Program-made: the position numbers and the translations under genes
Assembly: GCA_016840035.1 (NCBI GenBank)
Contig: JAEOTC010000078.1
Span: 1 to 17,845 of the forward strand
Direction: 5' to 3'
Length of the DNA: 17,845 nt
DNA from: Candidatus Hodarchaeota archaeon
GTDB lineage: Archaea; Asgardarchaeota; Heimdallarchaeia; Hodarchaeales; Hodarchaeaceae
The notes under the pieces: model-generated
What the model saw: only the letters and a program-made list of their open reading frames with translations
Databases searched by the model: none
Told to the model about the DNA's origin: nothing
Shown: piece after piece, positions 1 through 7,554 of the stretch
How positions within the stretch are numbered: the first letter of the stretch is position 1
Layout: every line of letters starts with the position of its first letter

Positions 1-675
1 AGGATCCCCGACCTGAATAATTTCGATTTCGCTTGCTTTAATTTCTGCATGTTGAGAAAGTAATTCAACTCTTTCAGTCGGAAACCATGTAATAATTGTT
101 AACTTCTCTGTTACTATTTTTAGTTTTCCAAGGTCGAATTGCCTTTTCACTCTCCTATCATTTCGACTAATTCTTCCAAATATCATATCTGAGAGTAACG
201 ACCACTTAGTAAACCAGCCTCCAAATCTAACAGTTACAGAAGGTGCTTCGATTTTCCCACCAATATCTACACGGTATCTTCTTGGGTATAGGATTATATG
301 GATTGATTCTAAGGCGGTTACTTCAGTTTTGATATCAATATTACCCCCTAACCGTAAAGTAGATGCATTAATAGATTCCGCGGAAGTATTTGTTCCTCTC
401 AACCTAACTTTTTCTCCAGAAATTGTCCCACCAATTTGACAATTCTTCGTAGTAATGATATCCCCCACACAGGTAAGATCTGATCCAACCTTCAGATCAC
501 CTCTTGCTTTAAGGCCTCCTTTTGTTATTGTTAATTTACCTTGTACCGTAAAATTCTTCTCGAGAGTCAAAGAAAAAGCACTGAATTGACCATAAGCAAT
601 AGATGTTCCAGTAATACGTACATCGTCTTTTATTTCAGTATCTTGGTGAAACTCAGAAGTTGAAAATGTTTTCAT
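1..675 (-). CDS. Bactofilin-like / polymer-forming cytoskeletal beta-helix protein (3' end runs off the window, at least 225 aa)
   Basis: Translated by hand; absent from the ORF track. ATG at 675 with no stop down to base 1: MKTFSTSEFHQDTEIKDDVRITGTSIAYGQFSAFSLTLEKNFTVQGKLTITKGGLKARGDLKVGSDLTCVGDIITTKNCQIGGTISGEKVRLRGTNTSAESINASTLRLGGNIDIKTEVTALESIHIILYPRRYRVDIGGKIEAPSVTVRFGGWFTKWSLLSDMIFGRISRNDRRVKRQFDLGKLKIVTEKLTIITWFPTERVELLSQHAEIKASEIEIIQVGDP... It has 17-19 aa rungs of alternating V/I/L with Gly turns, typical of bactofilin/CcmA right-handed beta-helices. An AGGTGA RBS lies upstream. That it is a CDS is near certain; the family call is pattern-based. Confidence 0.72.
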   Translation of the reverse strand, partial: MKTFSTSEFHQDTEIKDDVRITGTSIAYGQFSAFSLTLEKNFTVQGKLTITKGGLKARGDLKVGSDLTCVGDIITTKNCQIGGTISGEKVRLRGTNTSAESINASTLRLGGNIDIKTEVTALESIHIILYPRRYRVDIGGKIEAPSVTVRFGGWFTKWSLLSDMIFGRISRNDRRVKRQFDLGKLKIVTEKLTIITWFPTERVELLSQHAEIKASEIEIIQVGDP

Positions 676-680
676 AATCA

Positions 681-687
681 ATCACCT
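681..687 (-). promoter_or_regulatory. Ribosome-binding site (AGGTGAT) of the bactofilin-like gene
   Basis: The minus strand reads AGGTGAT-TGATT-ATG(675), an archaeal-type Shine-Dalgarno at normal spacing. Confidence 0.7.
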
Positions 688-713
688 GTCTAGAATTACC
701 ATAAAAGTCTATC

Positions 714-1577
714 TTAAGAGAGAAAGCTTTTCAAAATCCGACCAAGGAGGATACCAGTCATTGCTTTCCTGTAGCGTTTATTAGAACGAATGTCAGATAT
801 CGGTTTACATTCCTCAACAATGAGATTTTCCGCCTCTGTTATTATATCCTCAGTAAAATCGGAAGATATCAATAATTCCTCTGTTCTAGTTGCTCTAACA
901 ATTGTCGGTGCAACCGCCCCTAAGGAAATTCGAATATCATTAATTTTAGATTTCTTTTTTGTAAGAAGTGCTTCCACAGCAATCGAGACAACTACAATTG
1001 ACAACGCGTATCTTTGGCGAAGTGAAATATAATCACCAATGTAACCATCTAGTTTAGGAATGACTAAATTTGTAACTAATCCATTCTCAGGTATTCCTAT
1101 CTCTCCTGGGCCTGTGATGAATTCATTTATTGGTATTAGATCTGAACCATTAATTGTTTGGATTCGCACCTGTGCATCACGAGCATATAATGTAGCCAGT
1201 GTATCTGCGGCTGGAGAAGCACGACATATATTTCCAACAATTGTGCCAAGATTGCGTATTTGGGGAGAACCGATAATAGAAACAGCTTTTTTCAACGTTG
1301 GGATATATTTTTCTATAATCGGGCTTTCCAATAATTGAGTATGAGTAACTAGAGGACCAATTTCAATACAATCGTCCATTTCTTGAATAGTGTTCAGATC
1401 AGGGATTGTATTAAGATTCAATAAGGGAGGGGCATCTGCCCAAATTCCCAGTTTATTACGTACCATTACAAGGACATCAGTCCCACCAGCAAGAGGATGG
1501 ATTGAACCTCTGTATTGATCTTTAATGGCGAGTGCTTCAGTTAAACTGGTTGGAGATAATATTTCATTAGAATACAT
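714..1577 (-). CDS. Xanthine dehydrogenase-family FAD-binding (medium) subunit
   Basis: Contains the FAD-binding motifs LAGGTD, IGSPQIRNLGTIVGN and ASPAADT, and C-terminal PISDIRS...YR. Sits in the operon with a GGAGG RBS inside the upstream gene. Confidence 0.95.
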   Translation of the reverse strand: MYSNEILSPTSLTEALAIKDQYRGSIHPLAGGTDVLVMVRNKLGIWADAPPLLNLNTIPDLNTIQEMDDCIEIGPLVTHTQLLESPIIEKYIPTLKKAVSIIGSPQIRNLGTIVGNICRASPAADTLATLYARDAQVRIQTINGSDLIPINEFITGPGEIGIPENGLVTNLVIPKLDGYIGDYISLRQRYALSIVVVSIAVEALLTKKKSKINDIRISLGAVAPTIVRATRTEELLISSDFTEDIITEAENLIVEECKPISDIRSNKRYRKAMTGILLGRILKSFLS

Positions 1578-1578
1578 A

Positions 1579-2382
1579 CTACTTTACCTCCTTATTGCGT
1601 ACCGAGATTAATTCTGCAGCAATCGATATTGCAATTTCTTCAGGTGTCTGACTTCTAATAGGAACTCCAATTGGGGAATGTATAGAGTTTAAAATCTCTC
1701 GGGGAATACCCTTGGATTCAACACGGGAAAAAATTTCTTTTACCTTACGCTTGCTACCAATCATTCCTAAATACCTTATATTAGAAAGGTCTGATAACTT
1801 GTGAGATAAAAGATGGGAAAGAATTCTCTCATCTATGTCGTGAGAATAAGTCATAATAATAACGTAACTATCTTGTTCAATGAACAAAGAATCTATGACT
1901 TTTAGAAAGTCTCCGGTCTGTGTAACTACATTAAATCTAGAGATAATGTTCTCTTTTAGATATTCTTCCCGATCATCAATTACAACAGGAGAAAAACCTA
2001 GTTTTAAAAGTAATGGTAGGATTTGCTGAGTGATATGACCTGCACCAAAAATGTATACTTTTGTGGTAGCGCCATACACATCGAAAAACAATTGCATCTC
2101 TCCACCACAAAGCATACCTGTCGCATCTTCACCTGACTCTACCAGCTCAAAAGTTTTTAGCAACGGAGTACGTGACTCAATTTGAATTCTTGCTTGTTTC
2201 AATGCTAATGCTTCTACCGTCCCTCCTCCAATTGTACCCCACAATAGTTTCCCAGATGAAGATACAAGCATTTTTGCTCCTATACGTTGTGGTGCAGATC
2301 CTTTTACTGAAACTACACTCACGAGGGAGATAGGTCGGCCTGATTTCGTTTCTTGTTGGATTATTTCATAGAAATTTCTCAT
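1579..2382 (-). CDS. xdhC: XdhC/CoxI-family molybdoenzyme maturation (accessory) protein
   Basis: Motifs GSAPQRIGAKM, GTIGGG, GMLCGG, IFGAGH, DDRE, YLGMIGSKRK, PIG and TPEEIAISIAAE. Start moved to ATG 2382 because AGGTGA lies 5 nt upstream. The symbol refers to the accessory-factor XdhC, not the E. coli Fe-S subunit. Confidence 0.95.
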   Translation of the reverse strand: MRNFYEIIQQETKSGRPISLVSVVSVKGSAPQRIGAKMLVSSSGKLLWGTIGGGTVEALALKQARIQIESRTPLLKTFELVESGEDATGMLCGGEMQLFFDVYGATTKVYIFGAGHITQQILPLLLKLGFSPVVIDDREEYLKENIISRFNVVTQTGDFLKVIDSLFIEQDSYVIIMTYSHDIDERILSHLLSHKLSDLSNIRYLGMIGSKRKVKEIFSRVESKGIPREILNSIHSPIGVPIRSQTPEEIAISIAAELISVRNKEVK

Positions 2383-2391
2383 AATCATCAC

Positions 2392-2847
2392 CTAGAGCTG
2401 CTTTTGGGCCTCCTTCACGGCTTCATAGATTTTAGTATAGCCTGTACATCGACATAAAACACCGCATAATCCTTCTTCAATTTCGTCTTGATTAGCATTA
2501 GGATTCAACTGGAGAAGAGAGGTAGCAGCCATAATCATCCCCGGAGTACATGCTCCACACTGAGCAGCTCCAAATTCCTTAAATTTTTCTTGTATTAACT
2601 GCAAAATAGGATCTTCTCCCTCTATTGTTAGAATAACACTATTAAGAGGAACTTGTGCCATGAGAATCATACAAGAAGTTATTATTTTACCATTCAAGAT
2701 TAGAGAGCAAGCACCACACTCCCCTTGATCACACCCATATTTCGTTCCTTTCAGGCCTAAATCCTCCCTCAAGAAATCCAATAATCGTCTATTTGGAGGA
2801 ATATCTCTTGAAATAGATTTTCCATTTACAGTGATTTCGATTTTCAT
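2392..2847 (-). CDS. Xanthine dehydrogenase-family 2x[2Fe-2S] (small) subunit
   Basis: Cys motifs GCDQGECGAC...SC and QCGACTPG...LCRCTGY. Its ATG overlaps the stop of the Mo subunit (ATGA, 2844-2847). Confidence 0.96.
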   Translation of the reverse strand: MKIEITVNGKSISRDIPPNRRLLDFLREDLGLKGTKYGCDQGECGACSLILNGKIITSCMILMAQVPLNSVILTIEGEDPILQLIQEKFKEFGAAQCGACTPGMIMAATSLLQLNPNANQDEIEEGLCGVLCRCTGYTKIYEAVKEAQKQL

Positions 2848-5165
2848 GCCTTTTCCTCCTTAATCTTATCTTGAATCGCTGCCCACACCCTCTCAGGAGT
2901 AGCAGGAATCGCATTTAACCGTATTCCAATGGCATTAGCAATCGCATTAGTTAAGGCTGGAGCAATTCCCATAAGGGGTTGTTCTCCAATCCCCTTTGCT
3001 CCATAAGGACCTTCAGTCCAAGGGTCCTCAACAATAATAGAATGGATATTAGGAGTCTCTTTTGTCGTGGGGATCAAATATGTACCCAAGTTATTGGATA
3101 ATACTCGTCCTTCAGGTGTAAATATAATTTCCTCGTATCTCCCGTATCCTAATCCTTGTAAGCTTCCCCCCTCAATTTGACCTTCGAGTGTTTGAGGATT
3201 AATAGCTTTTCCCACATCATGAGCAGCCCAAATATTTAATACATCAACAGTTCCTATCTGAGAGTCAACTTCTACCTCTACGATATTTGTGCACCATGCA
3301 TATGCTGAATACGCATCACCTTGCCCCTTTTCATTATCGTAATGAGTTGATGGGGCGATATCCCACCCCGCAACCGCAATTTGTCCTCTTTCTTGGTAAA
3401 CAAGTTTTATTGCATCAGTGACCGAGAGTAGTGCTGTTAGGTTATTCTGATCCCAAATTTTAAAATCTTTAATCCGCAAATCAGTCGCTTTTACTTTGTA
3501 TTTTATGGCAACTTTATCATAGATGAGTACACGCAATTTTTCACAAGCATCTTGAAGTGCACGACCGGACATGATGGTTGCACGGCTAGCAACTGTTGGA
3601 CCCGAATCTGGTACTCGGCTTGTATCAACGGGTGTCATATGTACTCGTTCATATTCGATTCCCAGCTCTTCTGCTACAATTTGAGATAGTACAGTAATCA
3701 TTCCCTGTCCCATTTCAGTCGTTCCAACTGCAAACCGAACGCTTCCATCAGGTTCTACTTGTATATATGCTCCCGAACGTGACATGATTTTTCCTGCAGC
3801 CCCTAAGAAACAACCATAAAATATGGTAGATATCCCTAATCCTTTTCGACGGTAAATTCCTTTCTTTTGATCATTTAATACTTCTTTCATTGTTGGGGTT
3901 GGTTTCCGTTTTTTATACCACTCACTTTCTTCCCGCGCTTTAGATAAAGTTTCTTCCAAACCAACGGATTGATCCAATATTTGACCGAAGGTCATTGTAT
4001 CTCCTACTTTAAGAATGTGCATTTCACGAAAATCACTAGGATCCATATTAATACTTTCTGCGGCACGATCCATTTGTTCTTCTACAGGAAAAAGAACTTG
4101 GGGTGCTCCAAAACCCCTAAACGCTCCAAAAGGAACTAAATTTGTGGTCACTGCGTATGCTTGTACATCAACATTCTTACACTTGTAAGGGCCAGCAGCA
4201 TGCATGGCAGCGCGATAAAGCACAGCTGGTGCTAATGTAGCATACGCTCCTGTGTTCAGAAACACTTCAACTTTAATTGCCTTTAATTCTCCCTTCTTTG
4301 TTATGCCAGTTTTATATCGAATGACTGCTGGGTGCCTTTTTGAAGTAGTTTCAATATCTTCTTCTCGTGTAAGGAGATATTTTACTGGTCTTCTCACTAA
4401 CCATGCACCAAAAGCAGCAAGACTTCCTATTTGGTTAGGAACGTCTTCTTTTCCCCCAAAAGCCCCTCCAGTGGTTGTTTGAATGATATTAACCTTACTC
4501 CAATCTAATCCAAGCACTTCAGCAATGCAACGTTGAACATAAAAAGGACATTGCATACTCCCATAAACGGTTATTGAATCGTGTCCTTCTGGGACTGCTA
4601 TACATCCTTGAGTTTCAATGTATGCATGTTCTTGTGCTGGGGTTCGGTATTCATTTTCGATTATAATATCTGAATCGGAAAACCCTTTTTCGATATCCCC
4701 ATTCTTTTGCTGCCAGTAGGAGCAGACGTTATTTTCTTCAAAAATGTGAATGGATGGATGATCTTTGGCTTCTACAGGATCAAATACGGCTGGTAGTTCT
4801 TTGTATTCAACTGAAACATAATTACTAGCTTCCTCCACAGAAACTAAACTTGGGCCGACTAAAATTACAACTGGTTCTCCCACATGACGAGTAACTTTTT
4901 CTGCTAGTAAGGGCCAATCGTCATGGATCACATGTAAGACATTTTTCCCCTTTTCTGGAATATCGTTGGCTGTCCCTGCAGTTACATTAAGGGATTCGAG
5001 CTCTTTATAGTCGATTTTAATCTTTAAAATCTTGGCATGGGCAAAAGGACTCCGTATTACTTTCAGATAATGCTCATCCGCGAACGATAAGTCATAGGCA
5101 TAGGGTGCTTCTCCTGTTACTTTGGTATCAGCATCTTTTCGCTTTAAACGTTTACCAACAGCCAT
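2844..5165 (-). CDS. Xanthine dehydrogenase-family molybdopterin-binding (large) subunit
   Basis: Motifs KVTGEAPY, QEHAYIE, GGAFGGKE, AFRGFGAPQ, EMGQG, DVGKAINP, GQIEGG and GAKGIGE. ATG 5165 (MAVGKR...) is preferred over the track's TTG at 5192. Confidence 0.96.
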   Translation of the reverse strand: MAVGKRLKRKDADTKVTGEAPYAYDLSFADEHYLKVIRSPFAHAKILKIKIDYKELESLNVTAGTANDIPEKGKNVLHVIHDDWPLLAEKVTRHVGEPVVILVGPSLVSVEEASNYVSVEYKELPAVFDPVEAKDHPSIHIFEENNVCSYWQQKNGDIEKGFSDSDIIIENEYRTPAQEHAYIETQGCIAVPEGHDSITVYGSMQCPFYVQRCIAEVLGLDWSKVNIIQTTTGGAFGGKEDVPNQIGSLAAFGAWLVRRPVKYLLTREEDIETTSKRHPAVIRYKTGITKKGELKAIKVEVFLNTGAYATLAPAVLYRAAMHAAGPYKCKNVDVQAYAVTTNLVPFGAFRGFGAPQVLFPVEEQMDRAAESINMDPSDFREMHILKVGDTMTFGQILDQSVGLEETLSKAREESEWYKKRKPTPTMKEVLNDQKKGIYRRKGLGISTIFYGCFLGAAGKIMSRSGAYIQVEPDGSVRFAVGTTEMGQGMITVLSQIVAEELGIEYERVHMTPVDTSRVPDSGPTVASRATIMSGRALQDACEKLRVLIYDKVAIKYKVKATDLRIKDFKIWDQNNLTALLSVTDAIKLVYQERGQIAVAGWDIAPSTHYDNEKGQGDAYSAYAWCTNIVEVEVDSQIGTVDVLNIWAAHDVGKAINPQTLEGQIEGGSLQGLGYGRYEEIIFTPEGRVLSNNLGTYLIPTTKETPNIHSIIVEDPWTEGPYGAKGIGEQPLMGIAPALTNAIANAIGIRLNAIPATPERVWAAIQDKIKEEKA

Positions 5166-5215
5166 AGTATCCACTTCAAAATTATAGTCCAATCAAGAGA
5201 ACATGAAAATGCACT

Positions 5216-5233
5216 TATTAAAACTAATTTCTT
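5216..5233 (-). promoter_or_regulatory. Putative archaeal BRE/TATA promoter of the xdh operon
   Basis: The minus strand reads AAGAAATTAG-TTTTAATA, about 50 nt upstream of ATG 5165. The AT-rich background limits specificity. Confidence 0.4.
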
Positions 5234-5424
5234 ACCATATGTATTCTCGAAAATATCCACAATTCCTGTTAAGATGTTATATGAAGCTACTTTACCGTTT
5301 ATTTCCCACGTAACGAAATTAGACTTATTATCAAACATCACTCGGTTTGTAAAATGATTGGGTGAGAGAATTTTTCTTTTTTTTTCCGCTAAATGGAGTA
5401 GGAAGCGATGAAATCATTCCAGAT

Positions 5425-5601
5425 TTAATTTGAGTTTTGTTTCCGAACCGATATCGCTAATAGTCCAGCAAAAAGGAATAACAAGAGAAAAGAAATATAG
5501 AATCGATTATCTAATGATGAGAAAGACCCATCTTCTTCTGTGAAACTGAAAGTCGACTTCTGGATCTCCCTTTTCAATAATACAGTTGAGGCAGTTCTCA
5601 A
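5425..5601 (-). CDS. Possible 58-aa tail-anchored small membrane protein, or the C-terminal remnant of a surface protein
   Basis: TTG-started frame (open from 5682): LRTASTVLLKREIQKSTFSFTEEDGSFSSLDNRFYISFLLLFLFAGLLAISVRKQNSN*. It has one clean 19-aa hydrophobic helix followed by RK. No clear RBS. Confidence 0.35.
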   Translation of the reverse strand: MRTASTVLLKREIQKSTFSFTEEDGSFSSLDNRFYISFLLLFLFAGLLAISVRKQNSN

Positions 5602-5745
5602 TAATGATTTGTCCGTATAACAATTGTTAAGTGAAATTTGGGAAACTTCTAGATATCTTTCAATTTGGGAGATAAGTCTTACTTATTAGGAAAAATCTCA
5701 TATAGTATGATTATGTTTCAAATTCTAGCAGTAGGAAGCATTTTA

Positions 5746-7554
5746 ATGAGTGACTCTACGTATAAAAATAGTACATACCTTCATTCCCGATATTATCGGA
5801 ATTTCGTTACTTGGATCTTTGGACATCTCCTAAGACACAAATATTTATTCTTCTTTGGATTTCTTCTCTTGTTTTTGGGAACGGCCTTAACTATCATCAT
5901 TCCCTTAATTCTACAATTTTATTTTGATGAAGCAATTAGCAGTAATTTCGAATTAATCCTCAGCACTAGTTTACTATTCATTTTCCTATATATTTTCAAT
6001 TTCCTTGCCTCAGCACTAGGTGCATGGGTGAACGCTTGGTTTTCAGAAGAGGTTGTAAAGGATGTTCAAAATGAATTCTTTGAATCTATGCACTCCAAAT
6101 CGATGTCTTTTCATGACAGGGCACGAACCGGAGAATTATTAGCTATGGCAACTAGCGATTCCCAACAACTTTCATGGATGCTACTTTCAATTCTTATGTT
6201 TGGACTTGCATTTGCAACAACCATCGGTAGTTTACTTGCAATGTACTCATTGGACCCGTTCTTATTCTTCGTGTTTCTATTATTTATTCCATTCATTGCC
6301 TTGGCTATTGTTTTCTATGGCAAAAATCTTGGCCCGGTATCCATTCGACGTCAAGCGTTATTCGCTCAATGGCAAGCGACCCTTCAAGAAAATCTTGCAG
6401 GAATACGTGCCCTGCGTACTTTATCAAATCGTGAGAATGAATTTGAAAAATATGATTCAGACCTTGAAGCAGTAAGAGAAATTCTCATTGAGCGTGGGAT
6501 TTTGTCCGCAAGATACTATTCCACTCTTATCATCTACTTTGCTATGGGTGTATTGTTTATTCTGGGAAGTTATCTTGTTTATGCTGGTGATATGACTGCA
6601 GGGACAGTAATCGCCTTTAACAGTCTAGTTCTCCTACTGCAAACTCCCAATCAGTTTATTCGATTTACGATTTTTCTCGGATCAATGGGTTTTGCAGGTG
6701 GAAATCGAGTATATGCTGTAATTGCAGAACAACAATTGTTAGAGGATGGAAACCACTCAGTGAAGAAATTGAGGGGAAAAATACAATTTGAAGATGTATC
6801 TTTTCGCTATAATCCCGAGGGACCAGATGTTTTAAAGAATATTAATCTTACTATTGCTCCAGGTCAAACTGTGGCGATTATTGGCCATACCGGTTGTGGA
6901 AAAACCACCCTCCAAAAATTAATCCATAGACTTTATGATCCTACAAGTGGTAAGATCTTAATCGATGATGTAAACATTAAAGATTATCCGATTGAAGAAT
7001 TAAGAAGACAGATTGGAGTAATTGAGCAGGATATCTTTCTTTTCTCTGCAAGTATAAGGGACAACATTCTCTTCGGGAGTAAAAATGGAGATGAGGATTT
7101 AACCAAATCCATGATTGAGGTTGCAAAATCCGCTCAAATTCATAGTTTCATTACTAAATTGTCCAAAGGGTATGATACAGTTATTGGTGAACGTGGAATT
7201 ACATTATCAGGGGGCCAACGACAACGTCTAGCTATTGCTCGTGCTTTTATTATGAATCCACCAATTCTCATCATGGATGACTCTACTTCTGCCATTGATG
7301 CTTATACAGAGGCTAAAATTCAAGCTGCCATTGGAAATTTACTTGAATCCCGGACAACAATCATTGTTACACACCGACTATCTGTTCTGAGAAAAGCTGA
7401 TGTTGTAATATTAATGAGCGGAGGAGAAATTCAGGATATTGGTACACACGCTAAATTGTATACTCGAAACACAGACTATGCAGAGATGTTTAGACAATTT
7501 GAAGATTTACCACCAATCCCTGGTGAAGTACTTATATCTGAGGAGGTTCTCTAA
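5746..7554 (+). CDS. ABC exporter, fused permease/ATP-binding subunit (type IV, MsbA/TmrAB-like heterodimer, chain 1)
   Basis: N-terminal domain of about 6 TM helices, Walker A GHTGCGKT, signature LSGGQ, Walker B ILIMDD (degenerate) and H-loop VTHR. Start taken as ATG 5746 (MSDSTY..., AGGA upstream) rather than TTG 5665. Confidence 0.95.
   Translation: MSDSTYKNSTYLHSRYYRNFVTWIFGHLLRHKYLFFFGFLLLFLGTALTIIIPLILQFYFDEAISSNFELILSTSLLFIFLYIFNFLASALGAWVNAWFSEEVVKDVQNEFFESMHSKSMSFHDRARTGELLAMATSDSQQLSWMLLSILMFGLAFATTIGSLLAMYSLDPFLFFVFLLFIPFIALAIVFYGKNLGPVSIRRQALFAQWQATLQENLAGIRALRTLSNRENEFEKYDSDLEAVREILIERGILSARYYSTLIIYFAMGVLFILGSYLVYAGDMTAGTVIAFNSLVLLLQTPNQFIRFTIFLGSMGFAGGNRVYAVIAEQQLLEDGNHSVKKLRGKIQFEDVSFRYNPEGPDVLKNINLTIAPGQTVAIIGHTGCGKTTLQKLIHRLYDPTSGKILIDDVNIKDYPIEELRRQIGVIEQDIFLFSASIRDNILFGSKNGDEDLTKSMIEVAKSAQIHSFITKLSKGYDTVIGERGITLSGGQRQRLAIARAFIMNPPILIMDDSTSAIDAYTEAKIQAAIGNLLESRTTIIVTHRLSVLRKADVVILMSGGEIQDIGTHAKLYTRNTDYAEMFRQFEDLPPIPGEVLISEEVL

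Noticed and set aside
790-1338. ORF-track entries 790..1032 and 1060..1338 (+)
   Set aside because: Antisense shadows of the FAD-subunit gene, with no motifs or RBS.
4252-4482. 76-aa + strand ORF
   Set aside because: Antisense shadow inside the Mo-subunit gene.
714-5165. Aerobic CO dehydrogenase (coxLMS) or selenocysteine/pyrrolysine recoding in the molybdoenzyme operon
   Set aside because: The active-site loop is AFRGFG, not AYxCSFR. All subunits are full length with no in-frame stop needing read-through, and the TGA/TAG stops coincide with normal gene junctions.
5144-5341. 65-aa minus-strand ORF overlapping the xdh start
   Set aside because: GTG start, runs through the putative promoter and out of frame into the Mo-subunit gene, and has no recognisable family. 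A pseudogene fragment cannot be fully excluded.
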